From: Octopus sinensis
Lineage: Eukaryota
Assembly: GCF_006345805.1 (NCBI RefSeq)
Contig: NC_043008.1
Location: forward strand, 38,998,001-39,062,000
Length of the DNA: 64,000 bases
Reading direction: 5' to 3'
Position 1 is the stretch's first letter, and the number at the start of each line of letters is the position of its first letter. Below the pieces are notes generated by a model that saw nothing but the letters and a program-made list of their open reading frames with translations, was not told the DNA's origin and searched no databases. Shown here in pieces: positions 1-12,589 of the stretch. The position numbers were made by a program, and so were the translations under genes.

Positions 1-211
1 TTTGGAGATGAGAATTTCTGTTCTGTTCACGAAGACATCTAGTTTGAAGTGAATGTAGAATATCTTATTAAATTCGTTGAAAAATGTGAAAGAAAAAATA
101 ATTTATTTTCTAAAAGGTGTCTATCAGGTCACTCCTGCACCTTCTCTATATTTCTTCTCTCCTTATGTCTAGCTTACATTCACATGCATACACGCGTGTG
201 TACAGTTATGC

Positions 212-248
<37 letters not shown>

Positions 249-597
249 TTCTATATATGTGTGTGCGTGTGTGTGTGTGTGTGTGTGTTTATATGTATGA
301 ACAACATATGCACACACACATCTATGTCTATATATAACTATCATACGTATATTATCTATCTATCTTTCTATCTATCTATCTATCTATCTATCTATATATA
401 TATATAATAATATATATATCTTTCTATCTATCTATCAATAAGTGTTTGAGCATATATGCTTATACGCATAGAAATATGCTTATGCATATATGTGGGCATA
501 TGTATGTATGTATGCATGTATGTATGTATGTATGTATGTATGTATGTATGTATGTATGTATGTATGTATGTATGTATGTATGTATGTATGTATGTGT

Positions 598-1100
598 AAG
601 CCTAACTAAGAATATGAGAGCCAATTGTTTTGGGGCAAATACCTTGCTAAAGAAATCACTCAGAATTTACAGGAAGACGGAGAAGATAAGGTACTCCTTG
701 ATAAAGATGACCATTTAGATACATCTCTTATTAGTAACATCATTTCATCATTCGATGAACTTATGAGCATAGTGTTTCCAAATTTTCAGAACCACCAGCA
801 AAATCACAAGTATTTACGTGAAAGGGCTAGACTTGCATTGAGAAATACCACTGTCAATAACATATATAGTAAGTTAGTGTATCGTATTTCAGGAAATATA
901 CAGGTATGTAAAACCATATATATCTATAGATTTAGTTCCAGATCCTGCAGAGGCTGTCAAATATTTCGTGAATTCTTAAATTCTTTTGAACATTCTGCGC
1001 CTCCACTATTCTAGCTTCGGTTGGTTTTAACCATTTAACGGTTCATATTATTGAGGCTACAATTTAGACCGTTGTTCGATGGAGATGTTTTTATATCCCT
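598..1100 (+). pseudogene. Degenerate Helitron PIF1-family helicase fragment (copy 1)
   Basis: Translations SLTKNMRA, FDELMSIVFPNFQNHQQNHKYLRERARLALRNTTVNNI, EFLNSFEHSAPP and GDVFI match the Helitron RepHel helicase pattern LTTNMR...DELIxxVFPN...WLxERAILAPxN...EFLNSLxxxGLP...GEDVFIP. Frameshifts present. Confidence 0.8.
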
Positions 1101-1931
1101 ATCTTTCACCATTTCTCTCTCTCTTCTCTCCCCTCTCTCCCTTCCATCTCTCTCTCTTTCTCTTTTACTCTCTCTCTCTCTCACACAGGGACTCTTTTTC
1201 TCTCTCTTCTCACTTACTCTCTCTCTAACACAGACACTTTTTCAATCTCTCTATCTTCTATCACTCTCCACTCTCCCTCCTCTCTTCTATCTCCCTCTAT
1301 CTCTCGCTCTCTCTCTCTCTCCTCTCTCCTCTCTCCTCTCTCTCTTTCCCTCCCTCTCTCTCTCACGCACCCACGTATACACACGTTCACTCACTCACTC
1401 ACAGTTGTTTCACAAACGAAGTTCAAACCGGATTATCTGGAATTAACCGAATTTTCCGTTCTTCCAGTTTAGAGCAACGTTAACTTTCTAAGCTAAGCTA
1501 TCGTCTGCCAATTGATTTGAGTCATATCAGTTGGTTTCCTGCACTCCTCAACGAAGGAGACGTTTCATGTCAGCATTGAAGGTAAAGTTCCCTATTAACT
1601 TCATTAAAAAATACTCATTACATCTATATAAAACTGTATTAGCCAGTCATCTATCATAATGTAAGAAAAACTTCATTCTAAAGAGGAACTGGTATTGTTC
1701 AATCGCTATCATCTTTGGTGTTGATATTTGGAGATGAGAATTTCTGTTCTGTTCACGAAGACATCTAGTTTGAAGTGAATGTAGAATATCTTATTAAATT
1801 CGTTGAAAAATGTGAAGAAAATAATTTATTTCTTAAAAAAGGGGTCTATCAGTCACTCCTGCACTTCTCTATATTTCTTCTTCTCTTATGTCTAGCTTAC
1901 ATTCACATGCATACACGCTGTGTAGTTATGC

Positions 1932-1970
<39 letters not shown>

Positions 1971-2230
1971 TTCTATATATGTGTGGGCGTGTGTGTGTGT
2001 GTGTGTGTTTATATGTATGAACAACATATGCACACACACATCTATGTCTATATATAACTATCATACGTATCTATCTATCTATCTTTCTATCTATCTATCT
2101 ATCTATCTACTATATATATATATTATATATATATATAATTTTCTATCTATCTATCATAGTGTTGATCATATAGCTTATAGCATATAATATGCTTATGTAT
2201 ATATGTGGGCGTATGTATGTATATATGTAT

Positions 2231-2553
2231 AGAAGACTCCGCCGTTACGACGACGAGGGTCCCAGCTGATACGATCAAAGGAACAGCTTGCTCGTGAAAT
2301 TAACGTGCAAATGGCTGAGCATTCCACAGACACGTGTACCTTAACGTAGTTCTCGGGGAAAATCAGCGTGACCAGAGGAGTGACAAGGCTGACCCTTTGA
2401 AATACAAGTACAACTCATTTTTGCCAGCTGAGTGGACTGGAGCAACGTGAAATAAAGTGTCTTGCTCAGGGACACAACGCGTCGCTGGGAATCGAACTCA
2501 CAACCTTACGATCATGAGCCGAATGCCCTAACCACTAAGCCACGCGCCCTCAC
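2231..2553 (-). mobile_element. tRNA-derived SINE (family A), full length, with 11-bp target-site duplication
   Basis: Minus strand begins gtgagggcgcgtggcttagtggttagg (A box)...gagttcgattccc (B box), then CORE-like tgtgtccctgagcaagacacttt. tatatatgtat flanks it at 2220-2230 and 2554-2564. Absent from duplication copy 1. Confidence 0.85.
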
Positions 2554-2561
2554 TATATATG

Positions 2562-2595
<34 letters not shown>

Positions 2596-2614
2596 TGCAT
2601 GTATGTATGTGTGT

Positions 2615-3125
2615 GTAAGCCTAACTAAGAATATGAGAGCCAATTGTTTTGGGGCAAATACCTTGCTAAAGAAATCACTCAGAATTTACAGGAACACGGA
2701 GAAGATAAGGTACTCCTTGATAAAGATGACCATTTAGATACATCTCTTATTAGTACATCAGTTTCATCATTCGATGAACTTATGAGCAAGAGTGTTTCCA
2801 AATTTTCAGAACCACCAGCAAAATCACAATTATTTACGTGAAAGGGCTAGACTTGCATTGAGACATACCACTGTCAATAACATAAATAGTAAGTTAGTGT
2901 TTCGTATTTCAGGAAATATACAGGTATGTAAAGCCATATATATATCTTTAGATTTAGTTCCAGATCCTGCAGAGGCTGTCAAATATTTCGTTGAATTCTT
3001 AAATTCTTTTGAACATTCTGCGCTTCCACTATTCTGGCTTCGGTTGGTGTTTAACAATTTAATGCTTCATATTATTGAGTCTACAATTTAGACCGGTTGT
3101 TCGATGGGAGATGTTTTTATATCCC
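2615..3125 (+). pseudogene. Degenerate Helitron PIF1-family helicase fragment (copy 2)
   Basis: ORF 2792-3091 ...SLDLVPDPAEAVKYFVEFLNSFEHSALPLFWLRLVFNNLMLHIIESTI matches helicase SIDTV...AVNYPTEFLNSL...KLMxHIIEATI. Confidence 0.8.
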
Positions 3126-3781
3126 AATCTTTCACTCTTTCCTTCTCTCTACCTCTCCCTTCCTTCTCTCTCTCTCTTTCTCTTTTACTCTCTCTCTCTA
3201 ACACAGGGACTCTTTTTCTCTATCTATCTTTCTCTCCCTCGCTTCTGTCTCTCTCTCTCTTCAGTCTCTCTCTCACTTCTCTCTTACTCTCTCTCTAACA
3301 CAGACTCTTTTTCACTCTCTCTATCTTCTATCTCTCTCTCTCCCTGTCTTCTATCTCCCTCTCTCTCTTCTCTCTCTCTCTCTCTCTCACTCCCGCTCAC
3401 TCACTCCCGTTCACTCACGCACACGCTCACTCACTCACTCACAGTTCAAATCTTTATAAAACAGTAATTAGCCAGTCATCTATCATAAAGTAAGAAAAGC
3501 CAGCATTCTAAAGAGGAAACTGGTATTATTCAATCGCTTATCAGTCTTTGGTGTTGATATTTGGAAATGAGAATTTCTGTTTTGTTCGCGAAGACATCTA
3601 GTTTGGAGTGAATGTAGAATATCTTATTAAATTCGTTGAAAAATGTGTCTTTCGGGTCACTTCTGCACTTCTCTATATTTCTTTTCTCCTTATGTCTAGC
3701 TTAGATTCACATGCATACACGCGTGGGTACAGTTATGCTATACACACACACACAACACACACACACACCACACACACACAC

Positions 3782-3869
<88 letters not shown>

Positions 3870-3874
<5 letters not shown>

Positions 3875-4251
3875 CTGGCTGAAGTTGACCCGCTCTACGT
3901 GCGAGTAAGAGTGTGGTTGTTAGTTCTGTTGCTTCCTTTCAGCACGTAAAAAGCACCATCCGAACGTGGCCTATTGCAGCGCCGCCTTGACTGGCTTCTG
4001 TGCCGGTGGCACGTAAAAAGCACCAACCGATTATGGCCGCTGCCAGCCCCCGTGGCACCTTTCCCGGCGGCACGAAAAAAGCACCCACTACGCTCACTGA
4101 GTGGTTGGCGTTAGGAAGGTCATCCACCTGTAGAAACACTGCCAGATCAGACTGGAACCTGGTGTAGCCTCCTGGCTTGCCAGACCCCGGTCACACTGTC
4201 CAACCCGTGCTAGCACGGAAAACGGACGTTAAACGATGATGATGATGATGA
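3870..4251 (+). mobile_element. 3'-UTR fragment of RTE-clade LINE ending in (GAT)n tail
   Basis: Ends gtccaacccgtgctagcacggaaaacggacgttaaacgatgatgatg, the same tail that terminates the RTE ORF at 37855-40090. Internal cacgtaaaaagcacc repeats x3. Confidence 0.75.
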
Positions 4252-6625
4252 TTCTCCGTATTTGTTTCTCTCTCCCCTCTCTCTCACTTTTCCACTCTCT
4301 TACTTTTCTTTTCTCTCGGACTCTTCCTCGCTTTCTCTTACTCTCTATCTTTATCTATCTCTCTCCCATTTATAAACAACAGAAGATCTTGAGTAAGTTG
4401 AGAAATAAAATATTTAGAAAGATCAATCATAAATATCAGGCAGTGGCAATGGAACGGTCTGCTTCAAGGCAGACAGCAAAACGCTAACATTTAAAAGGGA
4501 CAGACGAACTTGCGAGCTGAATAAAAATAATAAAATATTGGAAACCAAAGTTTGAAGCGATAGAATCTGGGGATAGTAGAGTCACCATGGCTGGCATTTC
4601 TTAACGACGGACATCAACATATTGACAGTTTAACGGCTGGCGTAAAATTTTGAACTTGATGTAAAAGAAAATTCGTAAACACCAAGTTTTGAAGTGATTC
4701 TTTCTCACGACAGTAGACTCACCTTGGCAAGCATTCAAGACTTGTTTATCATGGACGGCAACAAATTGATGATTAAAAGGCTGGCGCAAATTTTTTAGCT
4801 TGATGTAACAGAGAATTGCTAAACACCTGCTCCTTGAAATTTTAATCCCCTTCCAGTCCCATTTAGACCCCTTTTCACATTTTGGTTAATATAACCCGAT
4901 TTCATTCGGGTGTACTGGGGCCACATTTTATAAGATGAGGAAAAAAATAGTTGTCATGCAAACGTGCCAGCACTTTTAACATAGGTGTGCATATTTTCAG
5001 CTGAATCGACCGACTACGTAATGCACACATTATATATAGATATATATGTGTATATATATATGTGTGTGTGTGTGTGCACGCATTATATATACAAATGTAT
5101 ACAAATGAGATATATATCTGTATAAATTAAATCAGAGATAAAACCACTAATAGGCAAATCAAACAGTGAAAAACCAAAAACAAAAACATTAAAAAAAATA
5201 TACAATATAGAAAAAATATAAAATATAAAACTGAAAAATACAATTATTTAAATTGAAAATAAAAATTATTAACTTATATTTATAATTTGTTTAAAAATAT
5301 ATATAACTATGAAAAAGTATGAAAAATTTAATATACATAAATACAGATATATACACTTTGCATATATACATTATGTATACATATTTATATATAAAACACA
5401 CACACACACACATATAAATGAACGCAAGAATATCTGATTCATAATATTTGTTCTCATGCTCGTGTGTTGTTGGTGTCAGACAGATACATAAAAGAAAGCC
5501 GAAGTGATGGGAAGGTAAGAAATAGAGTGAGTGAAAAAGAGAGGAAATAGCGAGAGTGACAGATACTTTAAATAACGGTAGTGGGGTTGTCAAAGTTATA
5601 CATGAAGAGGAGTGAGAGGGTAATGGAGGAAATAGCGTGAGTGAGGAAGATGGCCCCTTGCAACCACACCTTTTAAGATAGGGATTTCTAAGGTAGCCCA
5701 CGATCATCGTCACCTCATTCTACATGTCCCTGTAAATTTTGGAGCGAATCAGACGGGATGTAGTGGCATTGAAGGCGATCCAAGCGGTAAAAACGCATTT
5801 CAGTTTTATATATATATATATATATATATTATACATAGATAGACATATGCAAATAGAAACACACACACACCACCTACGTGCGTGTTCGTGTATGTGTGTG
5901 CGTGTCTATGTGTTTCTGTGTGTCTGTGTGTGTGTGAGTATCTACGTGCATGCCTTTTCGTCTGTGTAGAGAAAAGTGTAAACGAGCGCATATAAATAGA
6001 AGGGCGAGCGCATGATTCTCATGGCGTAGGGGGAGTTTCTGCATATCTCGCCTGAGGTCGCGTTCACATGCAATATTCTTTTAACCTCGAATTCAAATTA
6101 TCGGAAAAGGCATACAAGATGAGAGTAAATACATTCATACGTACGTGCATATAAACACATATGTTCACATATCTATAATAGCTCTGTTGATGAATCCATA
6201 TGTATGCGACTGTTTAGGATTGTGTTGTTTTGCTTCTTCTTTTTTCTCTCTTTTTGTTCAACTTACATTGGAACATGTATGTTTATATGTATGCAAATAC
6301 ACTTGGTGACATAGCAGACGAAAGACTTAGGAAAACTGCACCTATTCATTTCTGTTATAATCGATACATCTGGCGGCACCTATGCCTACTTTTCTATGAG
6401 TAGCACAGCTTATATACATACACACATCAAAGACACCCGCACCTACTCTCGCTTCATAAGAGCCGCGCGCGCCCGGAACGCATGCACATGCCCACGCATG
6501 CACACACATACATACACACACACACATGCTTATGTATGTGGATAAAATATTTATTTATTCGAATACAGAAATTACAAAACGATGAGATGAAAGTCATGTA
6601 CAATTTGAGTAGGATATTATGTGCA

Positions 6626-6671
<46 letters not shown>

Positions 6672-6755
6672 TAGATATATACATACATATATACATTCAT
6701 ACATACATATATATATATATATATACATACATTATATATATATATATAACATACA

Positions 6756-6791
<36 letters not shown>

Positions 6792-6883
6792 TACATTTAT
6801 ATATTAACATATATATATGTATATATACATACATGCGTACATACATATATGCATGCAAACATATATACATACATTTATATATT

Positions 6884-6918
<35 letters not shown>

Positions 6919-6947
6919 GTATGTATTATGTATGTACATTTCTTGGA

Positions 6948-7140
6948 TTATTTTACGTGTTTCAGTCACTGGACTGCGGCCAGGCTGGGGCACCGCCTTG
7001 AAAAAATTTCAGCCGACTGAATCCTCCCTTGTACCTATTTGTATTTTGAATCTGATACTTATTTTATCTGTCACTTTTACCGAAGCGCTAAGTTGCGAGG
7101 ACGTAAATACACTAATACCTGTTAAAACAAACACCTGTAT
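6948..7140 (-). mobile_element. SINE family B, 3' half
   Basis: Reverse complement contains aaggcggtgccccagcctggccgcagtccagtgactgaaac and the cgcaacttagcgcttcggtaaaag body segment. Confidence 0.7.
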
Positions 7141-7580
7141 GTCAGTTGATTCTAAATGTTTGTGCACATGAGTGTTGTGTGATTTTTACGTGTGTATGTG
7201 TGTCGACTGGCAAATACACACATATACATAGGAACTCGCGCGTGCCCGTATATAATGTTAGAGTGACCATCTGGTATAAGCCTACGTCTATGTAAGGGTG
7301 CAACTTGTCTCTGTTTCCAAGTTGTGTAAGCGACTAACATGAAAAGGTACTAGCGGGTGGAAGGAATTAACGGAAGGTGCCACTGGTACCAGTATTCGAA
7401 TGAATAGACCGTGGCAACGTGAAGCATAATATCTTTACGAAAAACACTAATGTACTGGCCATTGTAGGAATAAAAATCATGAAAATAATAATTGTGAGCC
7501 AAAGACCGCTAAAACCACCTGCCGATAATATATTAGTATATAATTGAATATGTGTGTATGTGTGTGTATTTATATATATA

Positions 7581-7996
7581 GGCGCAGGAGTGGCTGTTAG
7601 GCCCAGGAGTGACTGTGTGGTAAGTAGCTTGCTTACCAACCACATTGTTCTGGGTTCAGTCACACTGCGTGGCACCTTGGGCAAATATGTCTTCTACTAT
7701 AGCCTCGGGCCGACCAAAGGCTTGTGAGTGCATTTGGTAGACGGAAACTGAAAGACGCCCATCGTATATATGTATATATGTATATGTGTGTGTGTGTATA
7801 TGTTTATGCGTCTGTGTTTGTCCGCCCAACATTGCTTGACAACTGATGGTGGTGTGTTTACGTCTCCGTAACTTAGCGGTTCGGCAAAAGAAACCGATAG
7901 AATAAGTACTAGGCTTACAAAGAATAAGTTCTGGGGTCGATTTGCTCGATTAAAGGTGGTGTTCCAGCATGGCCGCAGTCAAATGACTGAAGCAAG
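7581..7996 (+). mobile_element. tRNA-derived SINE family B, near full length
   Basis: ggcgcaggagtggctgt...gggttcagtc...accttgggcaa...gtagacggaaactgaaaga...internal (TA/TG)n...ggtgttccagcatggccgcagtcaaatgactgaa. Head partly duplicated. Confidence 0.85.
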
Positions 7997-8076
7997 TAAT
8001 AGATATATATATGCGTGTGTGCGTGTGTGTGTGTGCGTGTGTCTGTCTGTCTGTCACTGTGTGTATTTATATGTTC

Positions 8077-8108
<32 letters not shown>

Positions 8109-8109
8109 C

Positions 8110-8430
8110 AAGATGTAGGACAAGATACTGTGATAGCCTGGGCTTCCGAGGCCCACAGCTCTTCAATATCCTCCCGAAGAACCTAAGAGACATGCATGGG
8201 GTGGACGCTGATGTCTTTAAAATGAAACTGGATCTCTTCTTGTCAGGTATCCCAGATGAACCAACTTCACGGCAGGAGGTGCAGATGAAGGCAGCTGCAT
8301 CGAACTCTCTTATACACCAAATGGCAATTGCTAAAAAGCACTCGTGAAGTAAAATCATGTAGCAACACCAAATGGCGGTGCCCCAGCATGGCCACAGCTT
8401 GTGAGCTGAAACTAGATAAATAAAAATAAA
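8110..8430 (+). mobile_element. 3' end of CR1-superclade LINE (ORF2 C-terminus, 3' UTR and (ATAAA)n tail)
   Basis: SRCRTRYCDSLGFRGPQLFNILPKNLRDMHGVDADVFKMKLDLFLSGIPDEP...AASNSLIHQ-stop (8347), typical of CR1/L2-group ORF2 ends. Followed by a stem-loop and ataaa repeats. Confidence 0.8.
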
Positions 8431-8452
8431 TAAATAAATAAAATATATAGAT

Positions 8453-8485
<33 letters not shown>

Positions 8486-9098
8486 CGCGCACACACGCAC
8501 ACACATAGGCAACACCCTCATACACACACACACACACGCACGTACCTGTATGAACTTCACTTAATAACACTTCCCATTTCTATTCAAAGGTCTTGGAAAC
8601 CTTCGAGCTGTACGTAATTTCTTGTAGGTCATACATCCTTTCAAGTGTTTCACTTGCCTTCATACGTGAATACGTGTGTACGACGGGTTCGTATACGCAC
8701 ACAAGAACATGCGGTTGTGCGTGTGTTTGTGTGATCATGATGTTTTAGACAAGTATATTTGTACCTATATACATATAACATAGATATACCTATGTATGCA
8801 TAAGTATATATATATATATACACATACACACATACGAACATGTGTGAGTGAGCATGTATCTGACAAGGTGTGGAAAGATCCAGCATGTTTCGCCTGAGGT
8901 TGCGTTTGACATGCAATATTCTATAACGAATAATTCAAATTATCGACAGTGGCATGCAGGGTGACAATAATTGCATTCTGTACCTACAAACGCACATATA
9001 TGAATACACACACACACACGCACACACGCATGCATGCCCTCATGCAATCGCACGCACAGAGATACATATATATACATACATATATATATGTATGTATG

Positions 9099-9132
<34 letters not shown>

Positions 9133-9148
9133 ATATATATATATTATA

Positions 9149-9221
<73 letters not shown>

Positions 9222-9227
9222 TGTGTG

Positions 9228-9260
<33 letters not shown>

Positions 9261-9384
9261 ATATATATATCTATATATATATATATATATATATACATAT
9301 ACACATATATATATATAAATTTACACGTGCATATGTATGCACTTTTAGCATGTATATACATATATATATAATATATATATACAC

Positions 9385-9422
<38 letters not shown>

Positions 9423-9790
9423 TTTACACAAATATATATACACACATATACATATTGACCTACGCTCACACTCACACACATATATATGTATATACAGGGT
9501 TGGAATTTATAGAAAAACTATATATATATATATATATATATGCATTTTTCAATCATGATATAAGTTGCCTCAATATGATTTGCGTCAGTAACAAAACATG
9601 AAATACGCAGTCATGTCTAATTATTTTCACAAACGAACAGTTAAGATGTATTTTAGGTTACGATCATATTACATCGAATTAAAGCCGTTTAAAGCTTACA
9701 ATAATAATAAAAAACCGGTATTTTAAATGTTATATTTGTTATATTTCATAAATTATGTCGTACATATTCACACACACACACACACATTCA

Positions 9791-9839
<49 letters not shown>

Positions 9840-9949
9840 TATCAGCTTTAGGGAAAGCAAAAACTAACACAATCCGAATCGTCCGTCGTCTGAGGGACGT
9901 GGAAGATGTATATATATATGCGCGTGTGTGTGTTTGTGTGTGTAAATTC

Positions 9950-10060
9950 ATTCACAAGACTTTGGGCGGCCCGAGGCTATAGCAGGAGACACTGTCCAAA
10001 GGTGCCATGCAGCGGGATTGAACCTGGAACCATAAGGATGGTTCTTCTCACACAGCCACT

Positions 10061-10062
<2 letters not shown>
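9950..10062 (-). mobile_element. SINE family B, 5' fragment
   Basis: Reverse complement: aggagtggctgtgtgag...ggttccaggttcaatcccgctgcatggcacctttggacagtgtctcctgctatagcctcgggccg. Confidence 0.7.
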
Positions 10063-10129
<67 letters not shown>

Positions 10130-10834
10130 ATATATATATATATATATCGGAAGAGTTGTATACAAATGTATACAACTATAATCAAATACCGTCGATACAT
10201 GTCGATATAAATACATAAAGAGCCAAGAAAGAAACAAAATTCCAATTAATCCCCAATTAGAGTCAAACAGAAGTCATGATTTACCAGACATATTGACAGA
10301 AGAACGTAACCTTATGATTTAGCAGATATATTGACAGCTCAAAATAAAATTGCACTTAGCTCGTATTACTCGCATTAAGTACGAATCAATAACTTTAAAA
10401 TCGACATGAAACAACATAGCCTCCTTAGAATAATATATTATAATAAATTATCATGTTATAGATTAAAAAATATATATATTCAAATTCTCGTAGATCAATA
10501 TTGGGTATAAAACTAAAGGCATAATTTGCTGTCATTTATACACTGACAATCGATTTAACCGTAATAAAATTTAGAGTAAAGCGTATCAGCATCTGTGTTG
10601 GAATGCAATATTCAGCATATTTGGAGTGTTTATGTTCCTCGTTGATTTTGTTGTTATTGTTTACGCCATATATATGTTAGATCAGGGGTTTATCTGGCCA
10701 GTATCGATAAGTTTCAGACTGAAGAATGTTTATCATCAGGTAATACGGCCTCAGTTTTACCTGGTATTATATCATCTATCGTCGTATGCTGCAATTTTGG
10801 TACGAGTCCAGCAGATTCGGGGGAGAGCGTAAGT

Positions 10835-11000
10835 CGTTTATACCGACCCCGGTTCTCAACTGGTAGTTATTTTCCCGACCCTGCATAAAAAAAACAGCAA
10901 AGTCGACCTTGTTGGAATTTGGACTCAGAATGTAAAGTGGGAGGAAATGCTAAGCATTTTGCCCTGCCTGCTGACAATTGTACCTGCTCGCCGGCTTACC
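10835..11000 (-). mobile_element. Degenerate SINE family C
   Basis: gcaaagtcgacctt...ggaatttggactcagaatgt...gctaagcattttgccc...gctcgcc matches family C in reverse. Confidence 0.65.
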
Positions 11001-11991
11001 ACAAGCGCAAGTATCACATTGCTTCAGATATCTCTTTCGCCCATTTATTCTTCGGAACTCCATGGCAAAAGCAATTTGAAAAGAGGTGAAAACGCCTTGA
11101 AAACTTCCAACTGTGCGTCATGCACCCACTGTGTGTCTTGTGCATGTCAGAGTAGACATGCCACAACCACAATGCGTCATCCAGATCGAACTTAGATGGA
11201 GAATTCAGCGTGTTAGCGAAGCATAGTGGACAGAAGTGCCTCTCTGATTTGTATATATTTGTCACATTGGCATACATAACTGATACGCCGCTCATTAATT
11301 AATCAAAGAAACACATCACTGACGATCGTTTTCAAGGGCTCAGAGACTGCTAATAGAAAAGAAAGAAGTCATCACCAGACCAGACAGGAGAATAGTGTTC
11401 GAAGAATTCTTGCAAGAAAATCAGCCTTGCTAAAGTCATTGAAGTGTTAGGTAATCGAATCCAACAAGTCAAATGATTACAGAATAGTGAAACTTCATAT
11501 CTGCTGCAACTGACTACCAAACTTAACTGAAGGAGCCAAGGTAATTTGAGTTGGCATCCAAATAATTTTTGCCAGCCATGAACACACCTGACACTCTGAA
11601 ATAAAAGAGTGAGCTATTTATTGAATAATTCTTTTCAGGTGTTCTGCTAATGTTTTTTTCGACCATGACCGGATGCATGGCAATGAAGATTCTTAAAGGA
11701 TTTGAACTGACAACCTATTACGCTCATAAATGTAATAGATTAATTTCAAATTTTATTTGCTTATACTTTAGTAACGCATACACACATATATGTGCATATA
11801 CTGGGGTTATGACTTTTTGATTTTTGTTTGAAAGTAAATACTTAATATTCAATTTTATTTATTCATTCAAATTATGAATGTTTAATATTTGAATGCTGTT
11901 TATTAGCGAAGTCGCATATAAAATAATTTTTTGTTTTAATCTTGGAGTGAAATGGGTTTTGATCTATTGGTCAGGTGACCATTGACCAACC

Positions 11992-12039
<48 letters not shown>

Positions 12040-12125
12040 AATAAACTGTTTTGAATGACACAACAATGCACTATAACACGAACAGTGGACTATAATAACT
12101 ATTGTAATTTAATCATCCATAGTCT

Positions 12126-12166
12126 GATATGATATTTCGGAATAAAAAATTCCTTCTTCAGATATC
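12126..12166 (-). ncRNA. Minimal type I hammerhead ribozyme motif (Penelope-type)
   Basis: Minus strand: GATAT CTGAAGA A GGAAT-TTTTT-ATTCC GAA ATAT C ATATC. Stem I 5 bp and stem II 5 bp are perfect, stem III is palindromic AUAU, the AUC triplet and CUGANGA/GAAA core are intact. Confidence 0.75.
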
Positions 12167-12589
12167 CCTAGGAATTGATGGAGTCGCTGCTATAATCGGT
12201 GCTACAATGTCTTTTCTGTTTTTTTTCTTGTTTTTTTTTCGGAAGTGTCTCTGCAGTGGTCTTACTAAGCTCCTTCCGGAATTCCTCAGGAGAAGTGCGT
12301 GAGGTCGGCCATTTCTCAATCTTGTGTGTGCTGCCACATCCGTAGCGCTGCTTCTAAGTTATGTGTTATACGTGCAGCTTCCTTTTTCCCCTTCTTTTTT
12401 TTTTTCTTTGTTATAAACAATACATGAACATGTTATCAAAAATGAACCTACAAGCATTCAGATATAACTAAATAATATATTGATTACCAGCCTCTACGCC
12501 GCATTGGTGGATAAATATTCTTTATTTATGAGTTAACGAGCCGACGAATGGTTTCATGTGAAGAGATCTTCACAAATGCTTAAGTGGTC

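Larger units (their letters stand above)
1..3750 (+). repeat. Tandem duplication of a ~1.7-1.8 kb Helitron-derived unit (copies start at 1, 1727, 3560; third copy truncated)
   Basis: The sequence tttggagatgagaatttctg...gtgaatgtagaatatcttattaaattcg recurs at 1, 1727 and 3560. Downstream blocks (microsatellites, helicase fragment, CT tract) are collinear between copies 1 and 2. Confidence 0.9.

Noticed and set aside
8949-9601. Long ORFs of YI/CV/TH/YVCM repeats (also 16-17 kb, 25.5-26.1 kb, 44.2-44.8 kb, 52 kb, 60-60.9 kb)
   Set aside because: These are stop-free translations of (TA)n, (TG)n and (TATG)n microsatellites, with no protein signal.
11000-11600. Unique-looking sequence with 82-93 aa ORFs (similarly 59643-59867, 15070-15250, 45130-45330)
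   Set aside because: No recognisable domain or consistent splice-site pair. Cannot be supported without RNA data.
12160-12365. Possible host exon (pyrimidine tract-AG followed by hydrophobic frames)
   Set aside because: All frames hit stops, there is no convincing donor, and the putative acceptor overlaps the antisense of the hammerhead motif.
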